DNA of 64,000 nucleotides from an uncultured delta proteobacterium (GTDB taxonomy: Bacteria > Myxococcota_A > Polyangia > Polyangiales > B10-G4). How positions within the stretch are numbered: the first letter of the stretch is position 1; the number at the start of each line of letters is the position of its first letter. Position numbers and translations under genes: made by a program. The stretch spans positions 128,001 to 192,000 of the forward strand of contig CAVSGI010000005.1 of NCBI GenBank assembly GCA_963727445.1, given 5' to 3'. Under the pieces are notes generated by a model. That model saw nothing but the letters and a program-made list of their open reading frames with translations. It did no database searches and was not told the DNA's origin. Positions 20,339-30,352 of the stretch are shown piece by piece.

Positions 20339-20383
20339 ACGCGAAATTGAAGAAAGCGCTATCGTCTAGCGTACTTCGGCCAT

Positions 20384-21916
20384 CTAGTCCATCGGCTCTT
20401 CGGCCGTGGAAGACCCGGCGCCTTCCGCGTGGCCAGAGCCGCCCTCTCGGGAAGGACCTCCCCCGATGTCGATGGCCCTGAGCTCTCGGCGCAGCCGCTG
20501 CACCTGGGATCGGAATCGCGGGAGGTTTCGGCGCGGCATCATCCGCCCGGGCCCGTTGATCTCGGCCAGCGGGTCGACGAATTGCCCGTTGTGCTTGAGC
20601 CCGAAGTGCAGGTGCGGTCCGGTGGAGCGACCCGTCGAGCCGACGTAGCCGATGAGCTGGCGCTGCTCCACGGTGTCGCCCCGCGACAGGCCCCGCGCGA
20701 AGCGGCTCAGGTGTGCATAGAAAGAGTCGTAGCCGTTGGCGTGGTGGATCGCGATCAGGTTGCCGTTCGCCCCCTTCTCGCCGATCCAGGTGATGGTCCC
20801 GTCCGCGGTGGCGTACACCGGCGCGCCCGTCCCCGCGGCGTAGTCGACGCCAGTGTGCGGATGGATGCGGTGCAGGATCGGGTGCATCCGGCGAAGGTCG
20901 AAGCGGGAGCTGATGCGGTCGTACTGCACGGGGGTGCGCAGCCAACCGCCGCGGACCGCGCGGCCGTCCTCTTCGTAGAATTCGCCTTCGTCCTCGCCGG
21001 GCGGAACGAACCAGAAGGCGCGCAGCTCGCCTGCCCGCTCGCCGACGTACTCCACGGCGTGCACCGTGCCCCAGCCGTAGAACTCGCCGTTGATGCGCTC
21101 CTCTTCGGCGATGATGCGGAAGGTGTCGCCCTGGCGTGCCTGGGTGTTGAAGTTGACCTTGCCCTCGAAGGCCTCGATGAAGCGCCCCACCAGCGCACGC
21201 CCGAGCCCCGCCGTCTCGAAGGCTGCGCCGAGGGACGACTGCACGCGTCCTCCCGATGCGACACGTCGCGTCTCGATGGGCACCTCCACCTTCTCGCCCC
21301 GGAGCTCGCCGTTTCGCGCGCGCGTCACCTGGTAGTACTCGATGCTGCTGCCGCGGTACTCGAAGAGCACGAGGTCGCCGTCCGTGTCCCGCTCGAAGAT
21401 CAGCAGGTCCTCCGGGCGACAGCGGCGAAAGTCCATCACGTCCTCGAGCGCGTCTTCGAGGTCGTCGTACTCCTCGGCACTCGCGCCCGCGGCGATCATG
21501 GCGTCCCGGAAGCCGCGCGAGTTTCCGAAGCGACTCACCCGTCGCGACACGGCGCCCAGAGCCGTCGGCTCTCCGCCTTCGGGATCCGGTGGCGGGGCGG
21601 CCGGCTGAGCCTCGGCCGTGGTCGGCGCGCCGTCGTCTTCAGAGGCCTCGTCGTCGGCCTCCGTGTCCTCTGCTTCGCCCGTGGCGGCCGAGGCTTCGTC
21701 CTCGCCCGCGGGGCTCTCCTCGGTGGCGCCGGCGGAGCCGAAGTCCACCACCACGAAGGCCACCACCGCAGCGGCGGTGAGACTCACGGCGGCAGCCAGG
21801 AGCGCGATCTGCCGCATCCGCGCGTCACGCCGCTGATGCCGCAAGAGCGGCATGTTCACCGACGGAAGGGGCCGGTGGAGCGGATCTTCCTCCGCTGGCG
21901 TCTCCTCCACCGACAT
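20384..21916 (-). CDS. M23 family peptidoglycan metallopeptidase (MepM-like)
   Basis: N-terminal TM, RMHPIL, HTGVDYAA (HxxxD), STGPHLHF (HxH). Confidence 0.9.
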   Translation of the reverse strand: MSVEETPAEEDPLHRPLPSVNMPLLRHQRRDARMRQIALLAAAVSLTAAAVVAFVVVDFGSAGATEESPAGEDEASAATGEAEDTEADDEASEDDGAPTTAEAQPAAPPPDPEGGEPTALGAVSRRVSRFGNSRGFRDAMIAAGASAEEYDDLEDALEDVMDFRRCRPEDLLIFERDTDGDLVLFEYRGSSIEYYQVTRARNGELRGEKVEVPIETRRVASGGRVQSSLGAAFETAGLGRALVGRFIEAFEGKVNFNTQARQGDTFRIIAEEERINGEFYGWGTVHAVEYVGERAGELRAFWFVPPGEDEGEFYEEDGRAVRGGWLRTPVQYDRISSRFDLRRMHPILHRIHPHTGVDYAAGTGAPVYATADGTITWIGEKGANGNLIAIHHANGYDSFYAHLSRFARGLSRGDTVEQRQLIGYVGSTGRSTGPHLHFGLKHNGQFVDPLAEINGPGRMMPRRNLPRFRSQVQRLRRELRAIDIGGGPSREGGSGHAEGAGSSTAEEPMD

Positions 21917-22106
21917 CGGGCCCAGGGATATCAGCGGTCCTGGGGGTGCGCAACGCGACCACTCCCCTCGCTTTCGAGGGCTGATCACAGAATCTCAGCA
22001 CTTTCCGGCGTCCCATCCATCCGGAACGGGGACGATGCTCCCGTGGAGCAACCAGCGAACGGGGAGGATGAGCGGCGACGGCGGCATGCCGCCGCCCTGA
22101 GGTCCG

Positions 22107-23078
22107 CTACGCGTCGAACATCCCGATCGCCCACCTCAGCGTGTCGCGATCGATGTTGTGTCCCGAGTGCACGATCACCACGCGCTTGCCCGCGAGGGAC
22201 TCGTGGACCTTCCACGCGGCGGCGAACGCCGAAGCGGCCGCGCCCTCGCAGAGGTTGTGGGTGGTCTCCATGCACAGGCGCACGGCCTTCTTCATCTCGT
22301 CTTCGCTGACGAGCACCACGCGGTCGACCTGATCCTTCACGATGGAGAAGGGCACCTCGAAGGCGAAGCGCGTCGCGAGGCCATCGGCGAAGGTGTCAGC
22401 GGCGTCGACGTGTTCGAGCTGGCCGCTCTCGAGGGAGCGGGCGAGGGCGTTGGCGCGCTCCGACTGCACGGCGATGATCTCGACATCGGGCCTGAGCGTC
22501 CGGAGCGCGACCACCGTCCCGGCGAGGAGGCTCCCGCCACCGACGGGCACGATCACCGTGTCCACGTCGGGCAGGTCCTCGGCGATCTCCATGGCGTGGG
22601 TGCCGATGCCCGCGATGAGGAGCGGCTCGTTGGCGACGTGGGCGTAGTAGAGCGACTCGTTCTTCGCGCGGGCCTCGGCCTCGGCGCGGGCCTCGTCGAA
22701 GTCGCGGCCGTGCTCCACCACCTCGGCGCCGAGGGCCTCCATGACGGCGTTCTTTTCGGGGTTGTTGCCCTTGGGGACGTAGATCACCGCCCGCGAGCCG
22801 AAGGCCCGGGCGGCCCAGGCCATGGACAGGCCGTGGTTGCCGCGGGTGGCGGTGATGGTGCCCCGGCGCCTCTGGACGTCGGAGAGGTTCGCGAAGAGAT
22901 TCACCCCGCCCCGGACCTTGAAGGCGCCGATGGGCAGGTGGTTCTCGTGCTTCACGTAGGCGTCGAAGCCCATCCGTGCGCTCAGCAGGCTGTAGCGGTA
23001 GAGGGGCGTTCGGTTGAGGTAGCGGTGGACGACGGGCCAGGCGCGAAGGATGTCTCGGTAGGTGACTGCAGGCTCCAC
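22107..23078 (-). CDS. PLP-dependent threonine/serine dehydratase family protein
   Basis: GAFKVRG PLP lysine, TRGNHG, PVGGGSL, SGHN. Confidence 0.85.
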   Translation of the reverse strand: MEPAVTYRDILRAWPVVHRYLNRTPLYRYSLLSARMGFDAYVKHENHLPIGAFKVRGGVNLFANLSDVQRRRGTITATRGNHGLSMAWAARAFGSRAVIYVPKGNNPEKNAVMEALGAEVVEHGRDFDEARAEAEARAKNESLYYAHVANEPLLIAGIGTHAMEIAEDLPDVDTVIVPVGGGSLLAGTVVALRTLRPDVEIIAVQSERANALARSLESGQLEHVDAADTFADGLATRFAFEVPFSIVKDQVDRVVLVSEDEMKKAVRLCMETTHNLCEGAAASAFAAAWKVHESLAGKRVVIVHSGHNIDRDTLRWAIGMFDA

Positions 23079-23144
23079 GAATCCTCTGTGATCGCCCGGA
23101 GATCGAGGGGGCGAAGGAGGGAATGGTACACACGCCTGGCTCGC

Positions 23145-23173
23145 TTGACACCTCCCAGGGGCGGCGTTATCCC
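23145..23173 (+). promoter_or_regulatory. sigma70-type promoter for tRNA-Val/thrS
   Basis: TTGACA (23145)-N17-TATCCC. Confidence 0.5.
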
Positions 23174-23209
23174 TCCGCTTCCCGATTCAAGGGAACATGA
23201 GAGAGATCC

Positions 23210-23281
23210 AGGCACGTAGCTCAGTGGGAGAGCACTACATTGACACTGTAGGGGTCGGCGGTTCAATCCCGCCCGTGCCTA
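23210..23281 (+). tRNA. tRNA-Val (GAC)
   Basis: Acceptor stem AGGCACG/CGTGCCT, D arm AGCTCAGTGGGAGAGC, anticodon arm CTACA-TTGACAC-TGTAG, GGTTCAA T loop. Followed by CTA, not CCA. Confidence 0.95.
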
Positions 23282-23402
23282 CTAACCCTACGAGAGGCGT
23301 CGGCCCCCGGAGGCGCCGCGGAGACGCAGCGCCGCGGAGCGGTGCGGAGTCGCAGCTGCGCCGCAGTGGGCCGACGCTGGATTGCGCCCCCGGCTGCCCC
23401 TC

Positions 23403-25375
23403 ATGACGACGGCCCGCGAGGCCCTCGAAGCGGACGGCAAGCTTCGCCCCGATGTCGTCGCCGCGCGCGTCGACGGGCAGGTGCTCGACCTGATGACGCC
23501 CGTTCCCGAGGGCGCGCAGAAGGTCGAGCCCATCGGGGCCGACCATCCGGACGCCCTGGCCGTCATCCGACACTCGTCGAGTCACGTGATGGCCGACGCG
23601 GTCCAGCGGCTCTTCCCCGGCACCAAGGTGGCCTTCGGTCCCGCGACCGACAACGGCTTCTACTACGACTACGACCGCCCCTCGGGGAAGTTCGACGACG
23701 ACGACCTTCGCGCCATCGAAAAGAAGATGGGCGAGATCATCGCCGAGGATCATCCCTTCCGCCGCGAGACGGTCAGTGGCGACGAAGCGCGCAAGCTCCT
23801 CAGCGACATGGGCGAGACCTACAAGCTCGAGCACCTCGAGCGGCTCTTGTCCATGGGCGAGCGAGATCAGCATCTATCGCCACGGCGACTGGGTGGACCT
23901 CTGCGAGGGCCCCCACGTGCCGAGCACGCGCTTTCTCAAGGCCTTTCAGCTCACCAACGTCGCCGGCGCCTACTGGCGGGGCGACGAGCGCAATCCGATG
24001 CTGCAGCGCATCTACGGCACGGCGTTCCCCAATCAGAAGGCGCTCAAGAAATACCTCAAGCAGCTCGAAGAGGCGAAGGCGCGCGACCACCGCAAGCTCG
24101 GCAAGGAGCTCGAGCTCATCGCCTTCGATCCGCTCGCCGCCGGCGTCGCCCTTCTTCCTGCCGCGCGGCGCCAAGGTCTACAACGCGCTCATCGACTACG
24201 TGCGCGGGCTCTACGGCCGCTACGGCTACGAAGAGGTCGTCACGCCGCAGGTCTTCGACAACGAGCTCTTCCTCACGTCGGGACACCTGCCGGCCTATGC
24301 CGAGAACATGTTCCTGGGCGCGACCATCGAGGACATCGAGTCCGCCTCCGAGAAGCTCGAAGAGCAGGCGAAGAAGGGCGGCCTCACCGCCGGCGACATC
24401 GAGGCGCAGCTCCGCAGCTCGATCCGCTACGGCGTCAAGCCGATGAACTGCCCGGCGCACTGCCGGATGTTCAACTTCAAGAAGCGCAGCTACCGCGAGC
24501 TCCCCTGGCGCGTCGCCGACTTCGGCCGTCTCCACCGCTTCGAGCGGAGCGGCGTCACCCAGGGCCTGACCCGCGTGCGCACCTTCTCGCAGGACGACGC
24601 GCACATCTTCTGCACCCAGGAGCAGGTGCCGGGGGAGATCACCTCCTTCATCGACCTGGTCTTCGAGGTCTATCGCGACTTCGGCTTCAGCGACGCGCGC
24701 ATCGTCATCGCCACGCGCCCCGACGAGCGCCTGGGCGACGACGCCCTCTGGGACATGGCGGAGGCCGCCCTCGAGGAGGGCGTGAAGCAGAAGGGCCTGC
24801 CCTACGAGATCGCCGAAGGGGAGGGCGCCTTCTACGGCCCCAAGATCGAGTTCCATCTGAAGGACGCCATCGGACGCCCCTGGCAGCTCGGCACCATCCA
24901 GGCGGACTACAACCTGCCCAATCGCTTCGACCTCGAGTACGTCGGCGAGGACAACGAGGGCCACCGCCCCGTGATGCTTCACCGCGCCGTCCTCGGTTCG
25001 GTCGAGCGCTTCTATGGGGTGCTCATCGAGCACGTGGGTGGCGCCTTCCCGACCTGGCTCGCCCCGGAGCAGGTGGCGCTCCTCACCGTCAGCGAGAAGT
25101 TCGACGACTACGCCCGCGAGGCCGAGGCCGAGCTGGCGAAGGCCCACATCCGCGTCGTCACGGACCTTTCGAGCGACAAGCTCGGCGCGAAGATTCGCCG
25201 CGCCCGTCTGATGCGAATCCCTTATCTCGGCGTGATCGGTGAGAAGGAAGTCGAGGCGCACGGCCTCGCCATCCGGTCGCGGGACGAGAACAAAGATCTC
25301 GGGCTCATGCCCCTTTCCGACGTGATCGCGAGGGTGAAAGCGGAAGCGCTGCCCCCTTCGCAGCGGGGACAATGA
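23403..25375 (+). CDS. thrS: Threonine--tRNA ligase (two apparent +1 indels near 23862 and 24139)
   Basis: [60 protein letters not shown], spread over three frames. Confidence 0.93.
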
Positions 25376-25429
25376 GGCGTATGCTCGAATGTTCGGGGGA
25401 TTGCCCTCGCTTGCAGGAGGAAATGAGTC

Positions 25430-26032
<603 letters not shown>

Positions 26033-26036
26033 AGGG

Positions 26037-27326
26037 TTGAGCCGACAACCCGTCACTCTGAGGGCCACCCACATCGATCTCGGCGGCGCAGCCGTCTGCC
26101 CCGCCGGGGATCGAAGGGTGGAGGTGCATGGTCTCTTCGGGGGAGAAGTGGCGGATGTCCGCGTCGTCCATCGCTCGCGACAGCGGCCGGTGGACGTGGG
26201 CGAGCTCGTCACGCTGCAGACGCCCGATCCCGAAAGACGTGAGGCTCCGTGTCCGAACCACGCGTCGCGTCCGCGCGGTCGCTGCACCGGCTGCCCGCTG
26301 ATGGCGCTGGGCGAGGACGCGCAGCGTGCACAGAAGCGCGCGATGCTCGCCGCGCTCGGGCTCGACGTCGAGGCGGTGCGCGCGGTCGGAGACGCGCTCG
26401 GGTACCGCCACTCGAGCAAGCGCGTGGCCATGCGCGCGGGCCAGAGCCTCACGCTCGGGAGCTGGGTGCGCGGCACGCACGACGGCGCGTGGATGGTCGG
26501 TTGCCTCGTCAATCATCCGCTGATCGCGCGCGCAGCCGACGAGATCGGTCACGCGGCGCGCGCGCTCGGACTTCGCGCCCACGACGAGGCGACCGGGGAG
26601 GGCGACCTCCGCTACGTGTGGCTGAAGACCGACGGGACGCGCGTGGTGACGACGCTCATCGCTGCCTCGGAATCGAGCCGCGCGCGCGAGCTCGCGCCTC
26701 GTCTGTCGGCGAGCGATGCGGTGGCGTTCAGCGTCCAGGCGTCGGGGGGGAACGCCATCCGCGGCGGCACGCCGGAGGTGCTCGCCGGAGACGCAGAGCT
26801 GCACGTCTCCCTCGGCGGCACCGTCGTGCGCACCGGCCCCCTCGGCTTTCTCCAACCCAACCCGAGCGCCATCGCCGAGGCCTACCGCGCGCTCGTCGCC
26901 GACGAAGCGGGCGAGCCGCTCGCGGGCGCGCGCGCCTTCGACCTCTACGCGGGAGTGGGCGTCACCACCGCGATGCTCCGCGCGCGCTTCGAGACGGTCG
27001 AGCCCTGCGAGAGCTATCCGGAGAGCGCCGCGGCGCTGGGCGTCGAGCCGACGCGAGTCGAGGAGTTTGTCCGCGCCCGCGAAGACGCGCCGGAGCTGAT
27101 CGTCGCCAACCCGCCCCGAAAGGGGCTCGGCCCGGCGGTGACCGACGCGCTGATCGCACTCGGCGCGCCGCGTCTTCATCTCATGAGCTGCGGCCCCGAA
27201 GGCCTGCGCCGCGACCTCGACCGGCTCGAAGCGGGCGGCTACGCGCTCCGCTCCCTCGAAGCCTTCGACACGCTGCCGCAGACGCCCCACGTCGAGCTGG
27301 TGGCGAGGCTGGTACGCGCGAGCTGA
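26037..27326 (+). CDS. RlmD/TrmA-like class I SAM-dependent RNA (uracil-5) methyltransferase
   Basis: C...CTGC Fe-S motif, FLQPN, DLYAGVG, NPPRKG, MSC, FDTLPQTPHVE. Confidence 0.8.
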   Translation: MSRQPVTLRATHIDLGGAAVCPAGDRRVEVHGLFGGEVADVRVVHRSRQRPVDVGELVTLQTPDPERREAPCPNHASRPRGRCTGCPLMALGEDAQRAQKRAMLAALGLDVEAVRAVGDALGYRHSSKRVAMRAGQSLTLGSWVRGTHDGAWMVGCLVNHPLIARAADEIGHAARALGLRAHDEATGEGDLRYVWLKTDGTRVVTTLIAASESSRARELAPRLSASDAVAFSVQASGGNAIRGGTPEVLAGDAELHVSLGGTVVRTGPLGFLQPNPSAIAEAYRALVADEAGEPLAGARAFDLYAGVGVTTAMLRARFETVEPCESYPESAAALGVEPTRVEEFVRAREDAPELIVANPPRKGLGPAVTDALIALGAPRLHLMSCGPEGLRRDLDRLEAGGYALRSLEAFDTLPQTPHVELVARLVRAS

Positions 27327-27338
27327 TATGCTCGGGGA

Positions 27339-28397
27339 GTGCGTGCGCTCCTCGTCGCCCTCGCAGTCGCGGCGGGCTGTAGCCTCTCGTCGTCGGCGAT
27401 CGCACCGGGCAGCGATGGAGGGCCTGGTGACAGCGCGACCGACTCGGGCTTGGATGCGTTTGTCACCGACACGACCGTTCCGCCGGGCGACGGTGCCCCT
27501 GCCGACGTGTCCCCGAGCGACAGCATGGCGTCGGACGCGCCGATCGCGGACGCCGCCCCCGACGCCGGCCTGCGGGACTACTACGACATCGACTGGCAGC
27601 GGCCCTCCGCGATCCCGAACACCGTCGACACCGACTACTGCGAGACCGACGCCGCGACCACCGGCGACATGCGCTGGCTCTACTTCACCCGGAGCACGAG
27701 CGACCGCGACTGCTACGCGGACCGCCGCATCCACGTGATGGCGTGGAACGACGGCACGCCCGGCTCTCCCTCCGGCGTCCTGCCCGTCTTCGACAGCGGG
27801 AGCGCGCCCGAGACCAACGTGCATCCGATGGGTGGCGCCGCCGCCGGCCGGGCGGGCGACGTCCTCCTCTTCCACGTGGCGGTCCCGGGGGGCGGCCGGG
27901 ACATCCACGCAGAGTGGCTGCGAACCGACGCGATGGGCCGGCCGATGGTGCCCGACGGATCGCCCCTCGAGATCTCGGCCGTCAACACCGCCGATGCCGA
28001 GTCCGACCCCACGGTGAGCGCGGACGGGAGCGAGCTGATCTTCACGCGCTTCGGCGACCTCTACTCCGTTCGTGGCACGCCCCCCGACAGCTACGGTGCG
28101 CCCACGCTGATCAGCGAGCTCAGCACGGGGGACAACGAGCTCGACCCCGCGCTCTCCCCGGATGGGCGGGTCATCGCCTTCGCGCGCCAGGGCGGCGACC
28201 AGGACATTTACGTCGCGCGGCGCCGCGACCCCGCCGGCCCCTTCGAGCCCCCGACCCACCTCTCCCGCGGGCCGATGGAGATCAACCACACGAGCGACGA
28301 GCTCGACTGCTTCATCACGGCCGACGGAGACCTCCTCTTCACCACCGACCGCGACGGGTCCACCCGCCTGTGGCGCGCACCCCTCCGATCTCCTTGA
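27339..28397 (+). CDS. Lipoprotein with PD40/TolB-like repeats
   Basis: Lipobox AAGC, acidic linker, repeated P-x-S-x-DG-xxIxF units. Confidence 0.7.
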   Translation: MRALLVALAVAAGCSLSSSAIAPGSDGGPGDSATDSGLDAFVTDTTVPPGDGAPADVSPSDSMASDAPIADAAPDAGLRDYYDIDWQRPSAIPNTVDTDYCETDAATTGDMRWLYFTRSTSDRDCYADRRIHVMAWNDGTPGSPSGVLPVFDSGSAPETNVHPMGGAAAGRAGDVLLFHVAVPGGGRDIHAEWLRTDAMGRPMVPDGSPLEISAVNTADAESDPTVSADGSELIFTRFGDLYSVRGTPPDSYGAPTLISELSTGDNELDPALSPDGRVIAFARQGGDQDIYVARRRDPAGPFEPPTHLSRGPMEINHTSDELDCFITADGDLLFTTDRDGSTRLWRAPLRSP

Positions 28398-28421
28398 CTT
28401 TTCGAGGCCGCCGGCTAGGTT
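28394..28421 (+). promoter_or_regulatory. sigma70-type promoter for rpmI-rplT
   Basis: TTGACT-N16-TAGGTT upstream of rpmI. Confidence 0.4.
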
Positions 28422-28491
28422 GCGCGCTCTGCTGCGTAGGCCCGCGTGCGCGCTGGGTCTGCGTCTAGAAGGAAAAAGCAAGGAATTACAA

Positions 28492-28692
28492 ATGCCTAAG
28501 ATGAAGACAAACCGCGCTGCGGCCAAGCGTCTCCGGGTTACCGGGAGCGGCCGAGTGCGCCGGGCGAAGGCCGGCAAGAGCCACCTGATGCGGGGCAAGT
28601 CCTCCCGTCGGCTGCGCCGCCTCCAGAAGAACGACATGGTCGCCAAGCAGGACGAGAAGAACGCCAAGCGGCTTCTTCCCTACCAGTGGTGA
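28492..28692 (+). CDS. rpmI: 50S ribosomal protein L35
   Basis: MPKMKTNRAAAKR...TGSG; 66 aa. Confidence 0.97.
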   Translation: MPKMKTNRAAAKRLRVTGSGRVRRAKAGKSHLMRGKSSRRLRRLQKNDMVAKQDEKNAKRLLPYQW

Positions 28693-28703
28693 GGTTCTGA
28701 GCC

Positions 28704-29048
28704 ATGCCGCGCGCAAAGAGGGGCTTCAAGGCCCGCCGTCGTCGCAATCGCGTTCTGAAGCATGCCCGGGGCTACTACGGCGCCCGGAGCCGCACCTTCG
28801 CCAATGCCGTCGAGCAGGTCCACAACGCCTGGGAAGACGCCTACGCAGGGCGCCGCCGCAAGAAGCGCGAGTACCGCAGCCTGTGGATCACGCGGATCAA
28901 CGCCGCCGCCCGTAAGCACGGCCTCAGCTACTCGAAGCTGATGCACAAGATCAAGACCGCGAACATCGGGCTCGACCGCAAGGTTCTCGCCGACCTCGCG
29001 CTCAGCGATCCGGGCGGTTTCAAGGCAGTGGTCGACGCCGCTTCCTGA
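28704..29048 (+). CDS. rplT: 50S ribosomal protein L20
   Basis: MPRAKRG, GYYGARS, LWITRINAA, LDRKVLADLA. Confidence 0.98.
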   Translation: MPRAKRGFKARRRRNRVLKHARGYYGARSRTFANAVEQVHNAWEDAYAGRRRKKREYRSLWITRINAAARKHGLSYSKLMHKIKTANIGLDRKVLADLALSDPGGFKAVVDAAS

Positions 29049-29151
29049 CGCATGCATGTCCGCTTCGGGCCGGAGGCCGGCTTACCTCCTCGGGGCGCTC
29101 GCCCTCCGACCCAAATCGAACACGCATGAAGCTGAGTGAGGGAGGCCGTCG

Positions 29152-30231
29152 ATGAGCGACACGGACGCGGTGACGCGCTTCGAGTCGGGCCTCGCCGAAG
29201 TGCGCGAGGCCTTCGGGCCGGCGTTCGCCGAAGCGAAGGACGAGCAGGCGCTGCGCGTCGCGAACGCGAAGCTCACGGGGCCCGAGGGCTCGCTCACCAA
29301 GCTGATGAAGCTGATGCGCGACCTGCCAGGGGACCGGCGGCGCGAGTACGGCCAGAAGGCGAACGCGCTCAAGCAGGAGGTCTCGGCGGCTTTCGATGCG
29401 GCGCTGGAGGCGCTGGCGCGGGCCGAGCGCGAGGCGGAGCTGACGGCGCCGCACCTCGACGTGACGCTGCCCGGGCGTCGCCCCCCGGCGGGGCGCCTGC
29501 ATCCGATCACCCGCGTCACCCACGAGCTCATCGACATCTTCACCGCCCTCGGCTTCGACGTGGCCGACGGCCCCGAGGTCGACCTCTACGAGTACAACTT
29601 CGACAAGCTCGGCTTCCCGCCGGACCACCCGGCGACCGACATGCAGGACTCGTTCTTCATCCGATCGGGTGGAGACGCACGAACGCTGCTTCGCACGCAC
29701 ACGTCGACCATCCAGGTGCGCGAGATGCTGAAGCGCAAGCCGCCGCTGGCGATAGTCGCGCCCGGCACCGTCTACCGCCGCGACGACGACGTCACCCACT
29801 CGCCCATGTTCTTCCAGATCGAGGGCCTGCTCGTGGACGAGAAGGTGAGCTTCGCCGATCTCAAGGGCGTGCTGTTGCGCTTCGCGCAGCGCCTCTTCGG
29901 CCCCGAGGTCTCGGTGCGCGGCCGGCCGAGCTACTTCCCCTTCGTCGAGCCGGGGGCGGAGATCGACATCAGCTGCGCCTTCTGCAAGCCGTGGGAGGGC
30001 GACGCCGCCCGCACCGCCGCGTGCCGCGTCTGCAAGGGCACGGGCTGGCTCGAGATCCTCGGCTGCGGGATGGTGCACCCGGTGGTCTTCGAGCACGTGG
30101 GCTACGACCCCGAGGAGGTCACCGGCTTCGCCTTCGGCATGGGCATCGACCGCATCGCCATGCTCAAGTACGGCATCCACGACATCCGCATGCTCTACGA
30201 GAACGACGTCCGCTTCCTGGAGCAATTGTGA
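29152..30231 (+). CDS. pheS: Phenylalanine--tRNA ligase alpha subunit
   Basis: HPATDMQDSF, LRTHTS, HSPMFFQIEG, YFPFVEP, GFAFGMGIDR. Confidence 0.98.
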   Translation: MSDTDAVTRFESGLAEVREAFGPAFAEAKDEQALRVANAKLTGPEGSLTKLMKLMRDLPGDRRREYGQKANALKQEVSAAFDAALEALARAEREAELTAPHLDVTLPGRRPPAGRLHPITRVTHELIDIFTALGFDVADGPEVDLYEYNFDKLGFPPDHPATDMQDSFFIRSGGDARTLLRTHTSTIQVREMLKRKPPLAIVAPGTVYRRDDDVTHSPMFFQIEGLLVDEKVSFADLKGVLLRFAQRLFGPEVSVRGRPSYFPFVEPGAEIDISCAFCKPWEGDAARTAACRVCKGTGWLEILGCGMVHPVVFEHVGYDPEEVTGFAFGMGIDRIAMLKYGIHDIRMLYENDVRFLEQL

Positions 30232-30352
30232 TGTCGACCCGCCCACCCCTCCCCCCCTCCCCGAGGGGAGCACCCCTCGGACACCCCCCGACGCCTCGCT
30301 CGGCTCGGCGTCGCGCTCGCGGCGCTCGCGGTCCTCTCCTGGAGGTCGGGTG

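Noticed and set aside
23850..24145. Programmed frameshifting or pseudogenisation of thrS
   Set aside because: No slippery sequences; each break is fixed by removing one C; similar indels occur throughout the window.
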